Positions 19,771 through 21,110 of a stretch of DNA of 21,110 nt are shown one piece after another. The stretch covers positions 1 through 21,110 of the forward strand of contig CAWBGA010000009.1 in NCBI GenBank assembly GCA_963788195.1. Reading direction: 5' to 3'. Source of the stretch: Nitrospirota bacterium (GTDB lineage: Bacteria; Nitrospirota; Nitrospiria; Nitrospirales; NS-4). The notes under the pieces are model-generated. The model did no database searches. It saw only the letters and a list, made by a program, of their open reading frames with translations, and was not told the DNA's origin. The number at the start of each line of letters is the position of its first letter. Within the stretch, counting starts at the first letter, position 1. A program made the translations under genes and the position numbers.

Positions 19771-19934
19771 TCGTCATGTACCCGGACAACCTTGGCTCTG
19801 CCATAAGCTACGAAGAACTCCCCAATCTGCGTTAAACTTAATCCATACTGACATGATAGGACTCACCAGGAATTGTGCCAAAATCCGAACTTGGCATATT
19901 ATTGCCTCCAAGTTAGAAGGGTCCTTGTCAACCA

Positions 19935-20585
19935 ATGAATTGCGCTAGCACTAAGCATAGCTCCCCATTTTCAAGTGAGAATATTCAGCAGTTACTTCGT
20001 TCCAGACGAGTTGCCGTCATCGGAAATCAGGGCGCTGGGAAAACGACCCTTGCGAACAAGTTGGCGAAGCTCATAGGCATCGATTATGTTGATGTGTATT
20101 TGTCGAGGGGAATGACCACACCAGAAAAAGAGGAGATTATTAAACGGCAAATGGCGATGCGCGAGAACTGGATCGTGGACGTTGGCTTCTTGCTGGACAT
20201 TGTCGAAATCGTCATCCATCTTGATTTTCCGCTCTCTGTTTGTCTCTGGCGGGCCTGTACGCGTAGCATCAAGTGGTTTATGAGGTGGGACTTCAGGTCG
20301 ACGAAAGTATTTGCGGCAATTCCAGGACATTTTATTGTGCTTCTTCGTCTTCTCATGGAAATTTACCGGTATCCGTCCAAGGAAGGATCTAAGCCCCCGC
20401 CGCAGCCTTCATCGGGATCATGTAAGACCCTAATTACTCTGAAATCGCCCAAAGAACTGGATCTTTTTCTGTCAGCGATAAAGAGGCATTTAATGGAGAC
20501 GGGAAGCGAGATAGGAAATGGCGGCGCCGACCGCGGACGCTACCTGGAAGCAGTGCTAAAGGAGCGGTTTGAGGACCTGATTTAA
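19935..20585 (+). CDS. P-loop kinase, adenylate-kinase-related/FlaR-like (possibly degenerate)
   Basis: RRVAVIGNQGAGKTTLANKLA Walker A and WIVD...VIHLDFPLSVCLWR pattern. The usual GNY segment is missing. Confidence 0.7.
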   Translation: MNCASTKHSSPFSSENIQQLLRSRRVAVIGNQGAGKTTLANKLAKLIGIDYVDVYLSRGMTTPEKEEIIKRQMAMRENWIVDVGFLLDIVEIVIHLDFPLSVCLWRACTRSIKWFMRWDFRSTKVFAAIPGHFIVLLRLLMEIYRYPSKEGSKPPPQPSSGSCKTLITLKSPKELDLFLSAIKRHLMETGSEIGNGGADRGRYLEAVLKERFEDLI

Positions 20586-20858
20586 TCGACGACGGGTGGC
20601 GGATTTGACCTGTTTAAGTGAACAGGGAAGCGGCTTGGCATGGTAGTGTCCGTTTCCGGGGTCCATAGTGACGAGCGGTATCGCCCAACGCTAATAAGAT
20701 CGGCAGCGGGAGAGAACCAGCCGAATCACAACAGCGAAAATGCGAGCTGTCATAAAGCCTCCTGTTTCAGGACTCAGGCTTTTCACCCTCGTCGGCCACG
20801 CTTACCTTACGGTCCATTCCGACCTCAAGAAATGGCATCTATCGGTAAGTTGGAGCGT

Positions 20859-21110
20859 ATGAAGGGCCGTATGCTGCATCACAACGTGGTGAGGAAAGTC
20901 TTTCATGCCCTCTTGAAAGCCGCAGGAGTACGGCGGGCCCGCTTACATGATCTCCGCCATACCTTCGCCTCGCTGCTCCTTCAGAATGGAGAGAGCCCGG
21001 CTACGTCAAAGAACAGATGGGCCACAGGTCCATTCAGGTGACGGTGGATCTTTACGGCCGCTGAGGCCTGGGGGCAACAAACAAGCGGTCGGCATGACGG
21101 GTGGCCATAA
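20859..21110 (+). pseudogene. Tyrosine recombinase/integrase C-terminal remnant
   Basis: LLKAAGVRRARLHDLRHTFASLLLQNGESP, then after a shift (~21001) YVKEQMGHRSIQVTVDLYG, then after another shift (~21059) PGGNKQAV. The N-terminal domains are absent. Confidence 0.88.

Noticed and set aside
19892..19906. Sigma54-like TGGCATATTATTGCC upstream of the P-loop kinase
   Set aside because: The GG-to-GC spacing is 9 instead of the required 10. It would be valid only if a base is missing through sequencing error.

Overview
About 56% GC bacterial window; gene style suggests a Nitrospira-like organism (inference). Positions 1-17671 are the 5' part of a minus-strand Wzy-dependent exopolysaccharide/capsule cluster. 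In transcription order it holds: UpxY/NusG-paralog antiterminator, small IS-OrfA-like HTH gene, a remnant of an outer-membrane beta-barrel gene, Wzc, MurJ-type flippase, two GT4s, a SAM methyltransferase, a secreted HAF-repeat protein, a large modular secreted copper radical (galactose) oxidase, Wzy, a third GT4 and a partial AsnB-type amidotransferase. A secreted beta-helix gene with its own sigma54 promoter lies antisense inside the cluster. A NarL/LuxR regulator with an atypical receiver is divergently transcribed across a repeat-containing control region. The right end has a divergent tRNA-Cys, a degenerate tRNA-fMet 3' half (att-like), a P-loop kinase and a tyrosine-integrase remnant. At least eight single-base frameshifts split otherwise intact genes, most likely from long-read consensus errors.
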